Below are positions 1 to 9,249 of a stretch of 64,000 nucleotides of DNA, in pieces. The position numbers were made by a program, and so were the translations under genes. The DNA lies in the IMG/VR virus record IMGVR_UViG_3300029305_003320, positions 1 through 64,000 of that record; one strand, 5' to 3'. Position 1 is the first letter of the stretch. The number at the start of each line of letters is the position of its first letter. Under the pieces are notes generated by a model. That model saw only the letters and a program-made list of their open reading frames with translations. It was not told where the DNA came from and searched no databases. The DNA comes from a virus (Duplodnaviria; Caudoviricetes).

Positions 1-2
1 AT

Positions 3-599
3 ATCCTCGTAGGATACGATTCTAGCATGACCGTCATCCAGCTTAACGAAGTTCACCAGCCTTCCCTTAGGAACAATGATCTCATCGAGATCCTTGAGAT
101 TCTTTAGGTTAGCAGGATTCACCTCTTCTGGAATGTACTCTTCTTCACACATGTCTGAGATCGTTCTGAATACAGGGGAACGATTGCCGTTCTCATCTGC
201 TTCATTGGCGATCGCGCCAATCAGTCTCGTGTAACGTTTCTTGTTGGGACGATCGGTCACCGTGATGATGAAGTTGATCGTTGCCCCAACTTTCGGTTTA
301 GGAAGAGGTTCTCTCATGACAGAGAACCTTACCCATGCCGGTGAAGGACCGACTTCGAAGCTAATTACTTCTCCGACCAGTCCTTTATCGATTAGGTCGT
401 TGCGGAACTTGTCGAGTTGCCCGCACGCCCTGGCGTGAACCTGCAGTGCCCTGATGATATCTGTGCGATCGACATTCTCACCTACACCAAGAACCCGACG
501 GAAAATTACCTTCGGGTTGATGGTTTTGATGAGCGACTTGTCTTTCGCAAGTTCTCCAAGGAACGCAGATGTCACTGTGTTGTTTATGGTATTACTCAT
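3..599 (-). CDS. Hypothetical protein, partial (runs off the window start)
   Basis: Hand translation from ATG 599-597 (ATGA overlap with the polymerase stop): MSNTINNTVTSAFLGELAKD...VPKGRLVNFVKLDDGHARIVSYED, no stop before base 1. Not in the ORF track. Confidence 0.75.
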   Translation of the reverse strand, partial: MSNTINNTVTSAFLGELAKDKSLIKTINPKVIFRRVLGVGENVDRTDIIRALQVHARACGQLDKFRNDLIDKGLVGEVISFEVGPSPAWVRFSVMREPLPKPKVGATINFIITVTDRPNKKRYTRLIGAIANEADENGNRSPVFRTISDMCEEEYIPEEVNPANLKNLKDLDEIIVPKGRLVNFVKLDDGHARIVSYED

Positions 600-2725
600 T
601 CGGATTTCTCCATTTGATTTGTTGTTCGCGAAAGTAAGCTATGGTCTCCGTATACTTCATTGAACAAGAGTTTATCATCGTCAAATCCGCATCGGATACC
701 AAGCTGTGACAAAATTAGCCTGCACGGCTTTACATTCTCGTAGATGATGTCTCTCACCATGACAAGAGGAATCAGTTCCTTTGGAATCTGTTTCACTATC
801 GGTGAGATTGCCATCTTGGACGGACACTTCGTATACTTCAGCAGGAAGTCCTGAAACTTCTTGCAAATTTTTGGTGACTCTTTGTGTAGCCATTCGAAAT
901 ACTCCGCTGTTGGTTCGGCGATAGGTAACACAATCGTCTTGGTTGGAACTTGAATATCACCATATTTCCAGGCGAATATCTCCTGCCACGCCAAGAAGTA
1001 GAAATACGCCGAAGACATAGGCTTCGCGTATCCGTCCTTGTTCTTGATTGACTCGGGTTGGCACCATCTTGTCAATCCGTTGACAGTATCCTGATAAATA
1101 AGCTTCTCACGTTCGATAACTCGTTGTATCAGGTCGTGTCCTGAAATCTTTGCATTGAGTGACTTAGATAGGATGCAGTCTACAATGAAGTCCTCTGCGA
1201 ACTTAGTGGACTCCTTGCACATGTTGCTACCTTTAAGTTGCACTCCCTTGATGTCTGTTTGAGGTTTTGGTAGGATTACTCCTTCCTGTACAGTTACAAC
1301 ACCAGCGTAGGTTTTCTTGATGTCTGCAAGACACATGGTCGGATACATGAATTCATTCTTCATCTTCATGTCCTTAATGTGTTTACCCTTTGCACCGTGC
1401 GAGATGCTGTAAATGGCTAGTACATGAGCTACAGCCTTAGTTATCCAATACACCATTAGCGTTGAAATTTGATATGCTGGAGTCGTTAGACGATAGATGT
1501 CTCCAGTATACCACTGAACCCAATCTTTCACAGTGAAGATAACCGAGTCGGTATCTGAAATAACTGACGAGTTGCGCTGCATCATCTTTCGATTATGTAC
1601 ATCGGGAACGTTGAGTTCTGTATCGATGAACGTATCGAAGATGTCTTTCATCTTGTCGAGTTCTTTTTGAACCCTATTGGCGATGTTTACGAACTTTACA
1701 GCTTTCTCTGGCATCTGAGAAGGAAGGTCATAGACCTGGATTTTAGGATTTCCAGACTTGACGGTGTCGTAAAACGCAACATTGCACATCATCACCAGAT
1801 CGCCATCTAGTTTGAACAAGTCGTCTGGTTTTACAGAAGGATCTTCTACAACTTTATTTAGATCGAATAGATCGTTGATCCATGGTCTAAATACTTCGTC
1901 GTTGAACATTACGACATGCCTAAGATTCTGATAATACCAGAAGAACTGAACCTCTTCTTTCTCTAGACGCATCACTAGCTCATCGACAATCCTGAAGTCT
2001 CCATCCTTGTATCGGTGATATATACGCAAACACTCGTGGAAGAATTCCATTAGCGTCTGTTTGTCTACCCACTTGAGGTTGTGGTTATCCATCACATTAC
2101 GAATTTTTTCCTTGTCGATTCCGGAATAGAGATGGATATTAATGTGATTGATAAGCTGTTCTACGCTGAACCATCCAAAGTTTCCACCTAACACATGTTC
2201 GATACAAGTGTTGGCATAACCAATCAAAGCTCTTCCGCCGCTAGTGATCGCATTATAGTTCCCTTTGTCATAGAAACCAGAATACGATGAACCGTAGTTG
2301 CCAGGAAGTGAATTGACTGTTATCTTAACGGATGACTGACCGAAGTAGGCTGTTAGATATGCAAGAACGTCTCCTGCTGCTTTGGCCTTGAACTGATCCT
2401 TTTTAAGTTTTCCGCGTTGATCCAGTTTGTTCTGGACCATCTGGATGGTAGCTCCTGTTTTGCGCTCATGCTGCATGTAGAAACTACCGCTGGGTGAGAC
2501 AATGTCATCTGCATGCTTGTCCAAATAATTAACCAGGTCAACTGCTTTAAGTTCAGGTCTACCGTCTTCAATATTTTCGACGATAATTGCAGTTTGCGGT
2601 TTGTATCTGTCTTTGCATGCAAGTCTGAAACGTCTATCAGCTTCTTCCTCAGAGAAGCCAAATACTCGTTTCATATAGCTGACCATCTCATCCCTGTAGG
2701 TCTGTAAAACCCCAGGTCTAGACAT
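596..2725 (-). CDS. Divergent family-B DNA polymerase catalytic subunit (phiKZ gp050-like)
   Basis: Motif B-like KITVNSLPGNYG and motif C-like ISDTDSVIF, then KNEF and KKTY. Start moved to MSRPG at 2725 because AAAGGAG lies upstream. No exonuclease motifs seen. Confidence 0.85.
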   Translation of the reverse strand: MSRPGVLQTYRDEMVSYMKRVFGFSEEEADRRFRLACKDRYKPQTAIIVENIEDGRPELKAVDLVNYLDKHADDIVSPSGSFYMQHERKTGATIQMVQNKLDQRGKLKKDQFKAKAAGDVLAYLTAYFGQSSVKITVNSLPGNYGSSYSGFYDKGNYNAITSGGRALIGYANTCIEHVLGGNFGWFSVEQLINHINIHLYSGIDKEKIRNVMDNHNLKWVDKQTLMEFFHECLRIYHRYKDGDFRIVDELVMRLEKEEVQFFWYYQNLRHVVMFNDEVFRPWINDLFDLNKVVEDPSVKPDDLFKLDGDLVMMCNVAFYDTVKSGNPKIQVYDLPSQMPEKAVKFVNIANRVQKELDKMKDIFDTFIDTELNVPDVHNRKMMQRNSSVISDTDSVIFTVKDWVQWYTGDIYRLTTPAYQISTLMVYWITKAVAHVLAIYSISHGAKGKHIKDMKMKNEFMYPTMCLADIKKTYAGVVTVQEGVILPKPQTDIKGVQLKGSNMCKESTKFAEDFIVDCILSKSLNAKISGHDLIQRVIEREKLIYQDTVNGLTRWCQPESIKNKDGYAKPMSSAYFYFLAWQEIFAWKYGDIQVPTKTIVLPIAEPTAEYFEWLHKESPKICKKFQDFLLKYTKCPSKMAISPIVKQIPKELIPLVMVRDIIYENVKPCRLILSQLGIRCGFDDDKLLFNEVYGDHSLLSRTTNQMEKSE

Positions 2726-2761
2726 GTTTATTCTCCTTTGTTTATAGAGTATGCCATAAGT

Positions 2762-2769
2762 GTAATATA
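2762..2769 (-). promoter_or_regulatory. phiKZ-type early promoter motif TATATTAC
   Basis: gtaatata on + strand, about 37 nt upstream of the polymerase start. Confidence 0.65.
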
Positions 2770-2795
2770 TAACCAAAAATGTCCACGTAATACGA

Positions 2796-2802
2796 TTTTA
2801 TG
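2796..2802 (+). promoter_or_regulatory. Late-type promoter motif TTTTATG
   Basis: ATTTTATGATTT upstream of ORF 2833. The motif recurs before other genes; phiKZ late promoters have a TATG core. Confidence 0.5.
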
Positions 2803-2832
2803 ATTTGTTTTAACCCAAATTAAGGAGCAATT

Positions 2833-3456
2833 ATGTTCGAAGATGCAGCGGCGGCAGATGATTCTGCCACAGAAAAGCAGGATCCTGAAAAGATAATGTC
2901 CGAAGAGATGAGGCTCTCTGTCAAGTACAGCATCATGTCTGGCATTGTCATGTCAGTAGCGACTTATCTCACAAGCACTAATGCTAATAGCGATGACATT
3001 CGCGCCAAGATGAAGACTCTTGTCAATGCATTCAAGTCTGGTGGTGATGTTGAGAATTCTGATGCTGAGTGGCTCACGACAGAATATCTAGACTCCGTTA
3101 AGCGCGCCAATATACCTGACAGCGGATATTGCCATTATGGAGATTCTGCTTACTTCTCGTGGTATTCCGCTATCAACGCAATGCTCAATGATGACTCTGT
3201 CCGTAATAGGTGGCTTGATGAGAACAATGCCAAGTTCACACAGAAGGAACGTGAGATCATTGGTCGCTACAACAAGGCTCGCTCTGAATTTTATCTGGCA
3301 GAAAACGCGTTCACGCAGTACATGGCTAGCGTGAATAAGCTTACCATTAACCAAATACTTCTCAAGTACGCTACTCAGTTCCAGCAGGTTGTTCCTGAAT
3401 GGTATAAGAGGGTGCTTCGTTGCGCTGGGTACATGAACCCACCTGAAGAAGGGTGA
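2833..3456 (+). CDS. Hypothetical protein
   Basis: 207 aa ORF, RBS AAGGAG. Confidence 0.8.
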   Translation: MFEDAAAADDSATEKQDPEKIMSEEMRLSVKYSIMSGIVMSVATYLTSTNANSDDIRAKMKTLVNAFKSGGDVENSDAEWLTTEYLDSVKRANIPDSGYCHYGDSAYFSWYSAINAMLNDDSVRNRWLDENNAKFTQKEREIIGRYNKARSEFYLAENAFTQYMASVNKLTINQILLKYATQFQQVVPEWYKRVLRCAGYMNPPEEG

Positions 3457-3464
3457 GGTGTTTC

Positions 3465-3650
3465 ATGTCATCCGAGCAGACGATAGATGAAGAGCTTAAT
3501 TTGCTCGAAAAGAAAGACATAGAAATTCGTACAGAAATGTCAATAATTCAGAACCGTGTCGTTCTCTCTAACATAGTGAGTACTCACAGAGATTTGAAGC
3601 AGACTTGTGATATTAGGAAGATTATCGGCATTGCTAAGACGTTACATTAA
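3465..3650 (+). CDS. Small coiled-coil hypothetical protein
   Basis: GAGGTG RBS then ATG at 3465 (MSSEQTIDEE...). Confidence 0.65.
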   Translation: MSSEQTIDEELNLLEKKDIEIRTEMSIIQNRVVLSNIVSTHRDLKQTCDIRKIIGIAKTLH

Positions 3651-3680
3651 ACCGCTATTCTCTTGAAGGAGGTTGATGTC

Positions 3681-4448
3681 ATGGAAGTTGATTTCAAGAC
3701 TAAACTCAAAGTGGTTAAATTTATAACGTCAGCATTGTTTGCTCGTAAGCAACCGTTTATGATAATAAACGGTAATGAGCAAGGTGTGTTTTATTACACG
3801 AATATTGAAGTTTCAAGAGTTGTGCTTTATAGACCAACGATAGAGGATGTCGTTAGTAAGGTCAAGATAGTTAGCGAAGATGTTTTGAAGATGCTATATG
3901 AAGCGTATCCGGCATTTAAGAACATTGTGGCCCAGATTGATCTTAGGAAGTTTAGTACAGCTGTCAACAAATGTGTTAAAGAAGAGCCCGATAGGTTTCC
4001 TGAATTGGTTGTCAACAAGGACACTAATGAGCTTACGATGTGTACATCCAAGAGAACGGTGTCGTTCTTAGTTGGCAACCTTGTATCTGAGCACGATATC
4101 TCGTATTATGAGGAGATCGTTAATAAGTTCAGCAAGTTTGGTGATAGACTTGTGAGAAGAAGCTTTAAGGGAGTTCAGGTTGATGGAGATGACAAGGTGT
4201 CGCTAGAGATAACTGACATTGAGTGCGATAAAGATAAAGCCGAATTTGGATTCCCGATTAAGGATGGAGTGAATCTTGTGTCAATGAAGGAGTATATCAA
4301 TAAACGTAAGCTAGACGCTTCGTATTCAGTTGGTATGCTTGTTAACAGTATGGCCAGAACAGCAAAGGTCATGATTGATTATGCTGATGATTGGCTTAAT
4401 GCTAGTACGATGATGCCAGGTTCGCTTTGGTTCTTATCGAAAGTGTGA
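3681..4448 (+). CDS. Hypothetical protein
   Basis: AAGGAGG RBS then ATG at 3681 (MEVDFKTK...); followed by a hairpin. Confidence 0.8.
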   Translation: MEVDFKTKLKVVKFITSALFARKQPFMIINGNEQGVFYYTNIEVSRVVLYRPTIEDVVSKVKIVSEDVLKMLYEAYPAFKNIVAQIDLRKFSTAVNKCVKEEPDRFPELVVNKDTNELTMCTSKRTVSFLVGNLVSEHDISYYEEIVNKFSKFGDRLVRRSFKGVQVDGDDKVSLEITDIECDKDKAEFGFPIKDGVNLVSMKEYINKRKLDASYSVGMLVNSMARTAKVMIDYADDWLNASTMMPGSLWFLSKV

Positions 4449-4459
4449 TTTCTTCTCTA

Positions 4460-4490
4460 CCAGGTACCCTCCAATTTGGAGGGTACCTGG
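4460..4490. terminator. Long perfect hairpin
   Basis: ccaggtaccctcca-att-tggagggtacctgg. Confidence 0.75.
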
Positions 4491-4559
4491 TTCATATCCA
4501 TTATTTAATAACTTTGGACAATATTACGTTCTCCGTTCATTTAAAGAAGGAATACAAAT

Positions 4560-6254
4560 ATGGATACTGCTAAAGAAGTTGACTTGGAAGGTGGAATAGA
4601 GGGAGAGGGTGCTGCCATGCAGCCACCTACTTCTGAGCAACCGCCTGTAGCACAGGAACCTCAGGACGATGATCTTCTAGGTCAGTCTCTAGGTGGTGGA
4701 GAAGCTGCCGAACCAGAGCAGCCTGCTGAAGAGGCTGCGTCTCAGGAAGAGAAACCTGCTCCTAAGTTCTCTTTAAAGATTGAGACTGAATCATTCGGTC
4801 GTCGTAATATCACCGAATTCAACATCAATCAGTTTCTAACTGGCAAGTATGATATCAATGTCCTTGACAAGATCATTTCCGAAATGTATCCTGACGAGGA
4901 TTCTCAGAAGAAAGCTCTAGAAGATCCTACATCGTTCCTGAGTATTATCATTCAGTGCATTCGTAATGGTTGGGGATCCAATGCGCTACCGTCTTATCTA
5001 CAGGTGTTCGCTGCCAAAGATAAGAATGGGGATACACCGGATAAGTTCCTTATCTCTCAGAGTGACAAGACTCTTGGGAACTTTGGTGATGTTACTGCAC
5101 ACGAGACCAAGAAGTCTTCTGGTGTACTTACGGGTGATGAAGCTCGTAAGGCGTTCATGGGTAAGCTTAATGGTTACCGTAGGGTTAAGCTTCTTAACTC
5201 CGGTTTCTGGATTGCACTTCGCCGCCCTTTAATCCATGAGCTTCAGGATATCTTTGACATAATCGACATGGAGCAGAAGGAGATCGGTTACAACATCGGT
5301 TCTCACTTCGCTCTTCTTGCCGACATGTATGTCAAGAAGATCTTCCTTGAGACACTCATCAAGTTCAGGATCATTGTCGACTCAAATCTCGACGGTATCT
5401 ATAACGACGGTGTGTTTGTGAGTGCCCTGTCATTCCTGGATTACGAGTCGATTCTTCAGGCACTTCTGTCTCTTATGTCTCGCAAGGGACTTCGTGCTCG
5501 TGTTGTGTGTCCTGAGTGCAAACTCGTTACCATCCTAGAGGATATTGACATTTCGTCTGCCAAGTTTGTCAATCGCAATATCATCTCTGATAAGATGATC
5601 GAATGGTGGAATACCAAGACTACACCTGACGGTAAGCCTATTGGCAAACGTTCTGTTGCAGATGTCATCAAGTATCAGAAAGAGATTCTTGGATACAAGA
5701 GTGAATTCATTGATACGTTTGGTGACTCAAGAGTCAAGATGACATTCGAAGTTCCTACGTTCAAGACGTACTTTGAGGCTGGTGAAGTTCTGTTCGACCA
5801 GCTCCGTGCTGTTATCGACGAGCGCAGCTCCATTGATGCGACTAGGAGAAGGATTATCTTCAACAATACTGCAGCGCACGCATTTCACATGATCGCTCCG
5901 TGGATCTCTGCCATCTCATGCATCAATGATGACGGTAGCGTTGCATTCACATCAGAGCTTGCTACAGATGCAAGTGACAAGGATCGCAAGAGCTTCATTG
6001 AGACAGTTATTGATATCTTCGATACTGCAACGCAGGATGATCAGCAGAATGGATTCTCCAAGTTCTCTGAGTTCATTGCGAGCTCGCGCATCTCTTGGAT
6101 TGGAACGTATGCACTTGAGTGCCCACGTTGTCATGCTAAGCCGGATGTTGAACTCACCAACCAGTTCTATCCGCTGGAGGTGCAGACAATTTTTTTCGGC
6201 CAATTGTACCGTCTCTTGCCTCAGGCTCTTACGCAAGCGGAGGAAGGACGGTAG
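4560..6254 (+). CDS. Baseplate-hub/tail assembly chaperone-like protein (T4 gp26/lambda G-like position), two CxxC motifs
   Basis: Acidic Pro/Glu-rich N-terminus; CPEC and CPRC motifs; ends in ...QTIFF with an in-frame T TTT TTC heptamer; followed by a gp51/T-like ORF. Function inferred. Confidence 0.5.
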   Translation: MDTAKEVDLEGGIEGEGAAMQPPTSEQPPVAQEPQDDDLLGQSLGGGEAAEPEQPAEEAASQEEKPAPKFSLKIETESFGRRNITEFNINQFLTGKYDINVLDKIISEMYPDEDSQKKALEDPTSFLSIIIQCIRNGWGSNALPSYLQVFAAKDKNGDTPDKFLISQSDKTLGNFGDVTAHETKKSSGVLTGDEARKAFMGKLNGYRRVKLLNSGFWIALRRPLIHELQDIFDIIDMEQKEIGYNIGSHFALLADMYVKKIFLETLIKFRIIVDSNLDGIYNDGVFVSALSFLDYESILQALLSLMSRKGLRARVVCPECKLVTILEDIDISSAKFVNRNIISDKMIEWWNTKTTPDGKPIGKRSVADVIKYQKEILGYKSEFIDTFGDSRVKMTFEVPTFKTYFEAGEVLFDQLRAVIDERSSIDATRRRIIFNNTAAHAFHMIAPWISAISCINDDGSVAFTSELATDASDKDRKSFIETVIDIFDTATQDDQQNGFSKFSEFIASSRISWIGTYALECPRCHAKPDVELTNQFYPLEVQTIFFGQLYRLLPQALTQAEEGR

Positions 6255-6706
6255 CGGAAATCGCATTGGATACTTCCCTCGCCAAGCATATCTGCGAAGT
6301 GTGCAAAGAACCAAGGGGCCTCGAAAGAGATTTCTTGATTCGATACCTCATCGTCCGAGATGAGTTTTGGTGGAAGCTATCTGACTCTCCATGGAGGATG
6401 AATTTAATGCATCCTCCTTATCCGCCACAGGTTGATCCTGTGACAGGTAGGAAGGTTGAAATCTACAAGGTTTCAGAATGGAGAGATCGCGTTCTCGATC
6501 TTTGCGAGTTTGAGATTACTCATCAGTACTTTGGATTGTCCTATACTGATCTGATGAATCTTGATACTGCAGAGTTCGAGGACATTGAAGATAGAGTTCA
6601 CAAGATCGCTGAGCAGAAAACTCAGAACATGAACAAGATGAAAGCTGAGATGTCTGGGAAACCAATGCCAAGTTCAACTAACCTACTTAAGGATTTACAC
6701 AGATGA
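6194..6706 (+). CDS. gp51/T-like chaperone C-terminal segment, probably reached by -1 frameshift from ORF 4560
   Basis: The -1 frame is open from 6152 to stop 6706; the track start is TTG 6266 with no obvious RBS; C-terminal YFGLSYTDLMNLDTAEFEDIE resembles gp51/T-type motifs. Confidence 0.55.
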   Translation, partial: FRPIVPSLASGSYASGGRTVAEIALDTSLAKHICEVCKEPRGLERDFLIRYLIVRDEFWWKLSDSPWRMNLMHPPYPPQVDPVTGRKVEIYKVSEWRDRVLDLCEFEITHQYFGLSYTDLMNLDTAEFEDIEDRVHKIAEQKTQNMNKMKAEMSGKPMPSSTNLLKDLHR

Positions 6707-8805
6707 CAGGTACTGCAGATGAAAAATCCTTAGGCGCTAGCAGACTTCTGCTAAACGTCTGTAAAGGTATGCGTAACATCATTGAGCACGATGTCATCAA
6801 GACTGAGATGGCGAAGGTCACTGATCTGATCTTCGACCATCTCAAGGATCATTATGGTCCGTTCAGCTCATTCGCTGGTCTTGACAGCAACCGTCCTCTT
6901 GAAGATACTGTCTTCACTAAAGACGGTGCTAACATCATCCGTGCCATGGAATTCATAAGTCCTCAGGAAGACTGGGTACGTAGAGCTGTGTCTTATATCG
7001 GCAACCGAATTGAAAAAGCTGCTGGTGACGGAACGACTTCCTCAATGATGTTCACATGCGGTATGCTTAAGCACATGAGTGCTGGCATAGATCAGTTTAG
7101 ACCTTTGAGTTATGGACAGCTTAGACGGGCTTATGATGAGCTAGTCGAGGACGTCCGTAAAGGGTTTAAGGGATACACGATGTCGGCTAAAAAGGACGAC
7201 AAATACATACCAGAATTGGTTTATCGTCTAGCCTGGATGCAGGCGTACACATCGTCTCATGGCGATACCGAATTGGCAGATGCTGTTGCCAAGATGTTTA
7301 AGGTGTCTCCGCCGTCTATGTGGTCTAAGATCAACTTCGGTCGTAGGCGTTTTGAGAGTGAAAATAGGTTCGACATCATCGTGTCTAAACATCAGTACGA
7401 AATGGAAGCTGATATTTGGAATAAGAGCGTTTATAACGCTGATGGCGGAGAAGCTTTAGAGATGAAGAATGCAACACTCGTTGTTATCAATGACTGTGTT
7501 GCATGTAGCGATGTGCACTGGGATGAAGTTACTACTGCGATAGCTGAATCTACAAGAGAAGCTCCTGTAGTTATTCTTTGCCATTCTGGTATAGATACAA
7601 CGACGTGGGGAGAACTCACTCACTTTGCAACTCGTAAAGAAGAGAAGTTCAAGAACTGCTACTTCACTGTGTTCTACACCAAGCCTGTCCACTCGATGAT
7701 CAACGACTTCACTGCACTTCAAGCGATAGGTGGAGCTGATGTGTCAGAGTATACCTCTGGTAATGTTAACGGCGACATGACTGGCCGACCATACATCATC
7801 AAAGGAGTCGATGTCTACCACAAGGGAGAGAAGCTTGAGTTGGACAAGCTTTACGTCGACGAACGTCCTGATACAGATGTAATTCGTGATAGGCCTCAGT
7901 TGACTGATACGACTCTTCCGTTCTTTTCTGAATTCGCAGAATCTATTCAGAAGAGGATAGAAGGTCTTGAGCAGTTCGATGATACACGTCAGGTTCAGCG
8001 CGAGAGACTAAGTCTGGAACGTATTTATAACAAACTTAGGTATGACAAGACGTATACTGTCCTTATCGGTGGCAATACGTTTGACAACCTTGCTATGTTC
8101 GACGTTCTTGACGATGTACTTCGTGCGACTATACGTGGTCTTGAGAATGGCATTACCATCAGTAACAACAAAGCTCTCTACAACGTCGTCAAGGATTTGA
8201 TGATAGAGTATGCTGACAGGTTGATTGCAGATCTAACTGTAGTCGACAAAAAGATTACATCTATCAAGAAGTGGTTGTGTGAGTCTATCATGCATACTCT
8301 AGAGATGTTCTCTTATGTCGTGCTCAAGATGCTTTATCCTAAGGGACGTGAAGGCATTGAAGGTGAAGAGGCATTGTCTTTCTGGAAGAGATTGCTAAGT
8401 ATGCAGTTCTTCCAAGATACTAATATCCTAAATGCTGGATATCCTGAGAGTGATAAGATCAACCAGTATTATCTAGTCAATCCTGAAATCGGTAAACTCT
8501 TTACTGAGTCTGAGATTCTAGACTGGCATAACTGGTGGTTTAATAACTCCGTTGACATACTAAACTTCGATAGCACTAAGTGGTGGCGCAAACAGAGTCT
8601 GCGCGGTGTTGATAAGACTCTGGGATATGCTATAGACCACTTTACGCTCAATGACTATGACATGTCTGGTATCATTGTCCAGCCGGCCAATGCAGATATA
8701 GTTATGCTAGAGCGTTTTGGTGAGATAGCTCTGAGGTTCATTCTAACTGAGCGCGTCATCGTAAGTGGAGGCGCGTTTGTCAACGATAAGGATAAGAAGC
8801 AATGA
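6703..8805 (+). CDS. Phage-encoded GroEL-like chaperonin (divergent)
   Basis: HYGP, FTKDGANII, AAGDGTTSS (ATP-binding GDGTT) and VLIGG...DDVLRAT motifs; 700 aa. Confidence 0.85.
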   Translation: MTGTADEKSLGASRLLLNVCKGMRNIIEHDVIKTEMAKVTDLIFDHLKDHYGPFSSFAGLDSNRPLEDTVFTKDGANIIRAMEFISPQEDWVRRAVSYIGNRIEKAAGDGTTSSMMFTCGMLKHMSAGIDQFRPLSYGQLRRAYDELVEDVRKGFKGYTMSAKKDDKYIPELVYRLAWMQAYTSSHGDTELADAVAKMFKVSPPSMWSKINFGRRRFESENRFDIIVSKHQYEMEADIWNKSVYNADGGEALEMKNATLVVINDCVACSDVHWDEVTTAIAESTREAPVVILCHSGIDTTTWGELTHFATRKEEKFKNCYFTVFYTKPVHSMINDFTALQAIGGADVSEYTSGNVNGDMTGRPYIIKGVDVYHKGEKLELDKLYVDERPDTDVIRDRPQLTDTTLPFFSEFAESIQKRIEGLEQFDDTRQVQRERLSLERIYNKLRYDKTYTVLIGGNTFDNLAMFDVLDDVLRATIRGLENGITISNNKALYNVVKDLMIEYADRLIADLTVVDKKITSIKKWLCESIMHTLEMFSYVVLKMLYPKGREGIEGEEALSFWKRLLSMQFFQDTNILNAGYPESDKINQYYLVNPEIGKLFTESEILDWHNWWFNNSVDILNFDSTKWWRKQSLRGVDKTLGYAIDHFTLNDYDMSGIIVQPANADIVMLERFGEIALRFILTERVIVSGGAFVNDKDKKQ

Positions 8806-9197
8806 TTACCACTATCAACAACATCCTTCTGCAGATCAACATAGAAGTCACATTTAAGCTTAACAGTCTAACTGATAAGCAGACGTATCGTGGAAGGATT
8901 ATCGGTATCGGTGGTTACGATATCGCGTGCGTGTACCATGATGTAGTTGCTCCTCACAACAACATGGAAAGCAATGTTGCTCAGATGGAGCCTGCTGCTC
9001 TGACGTATTTAATCCTTAAGTGCGATGACGGTATGATACGTCCGTTCGCAACTGCATGGATTAAGGAGAAGACGTTTGACCGTACTGACAATGTGACAGA
9101 TATGCAGATCATCTGTCACAATTTGTCTGAGATGAAGAAGGCTGAGATACTCACGTATCTTCGTGACTACTACTGTCCTGTTACAGTCGTTTCGTAA
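8802..9197 (+). CDS. Conserved phiKZ-like small protein (possible SH3-like fold)
   Basis: Pattern GRIIGIGGYD...TYLILKCDDG..RPFATAWIKE recalled from jumbo phage proteins; overlaps the chaperonin stop. Confidence 0.45.
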   Translation: MITTINNILLQINIEVTFKLNSLTDKQTYRGRIIGIGGYDIACVYHDVVAPHNNMESNVAQMEPAALTYLILKCDDGMIRPFATAWIKEKTFDRTDNVTDMQIICHNLSEMKKAEILTYLRDYYCPVTVVS

Positions 9198-9208
9198 AAG
9201 AACATACA

Positions 9209-9241
9209 CTGTAGGGAGTGGGTCGAGCCCACTCCCTACAG
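9209..9241. terminator. Hairpin between convergent genes
   Basis: ctgtagggagtggg-tcgag-cccactccctacag. Confidence 0.8.
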
Positions 9242-9249
9242 GTAGTATT

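Noticed and set aside
3681-3704. MEVDFKTK start resembling the MKVNFG tag
   Set aside because: Lacks the basic residue at position 2 and the Gly, and lies outside the cluster; likely chance
5926-6363. 145-aa overlapping ORF in the +1 frame across the frameshift site
   Set aside because: Ser/Arg/Leu-rich shadow translation with no RBS; the frame continuing into the downstream gene is -1, not this one
1-9200. Chimallin (phage nucleus shell) gene near the polymerase
   Set aside because: No ORF recognised as chimallin, so nucleus formation cannot be claimed from this window
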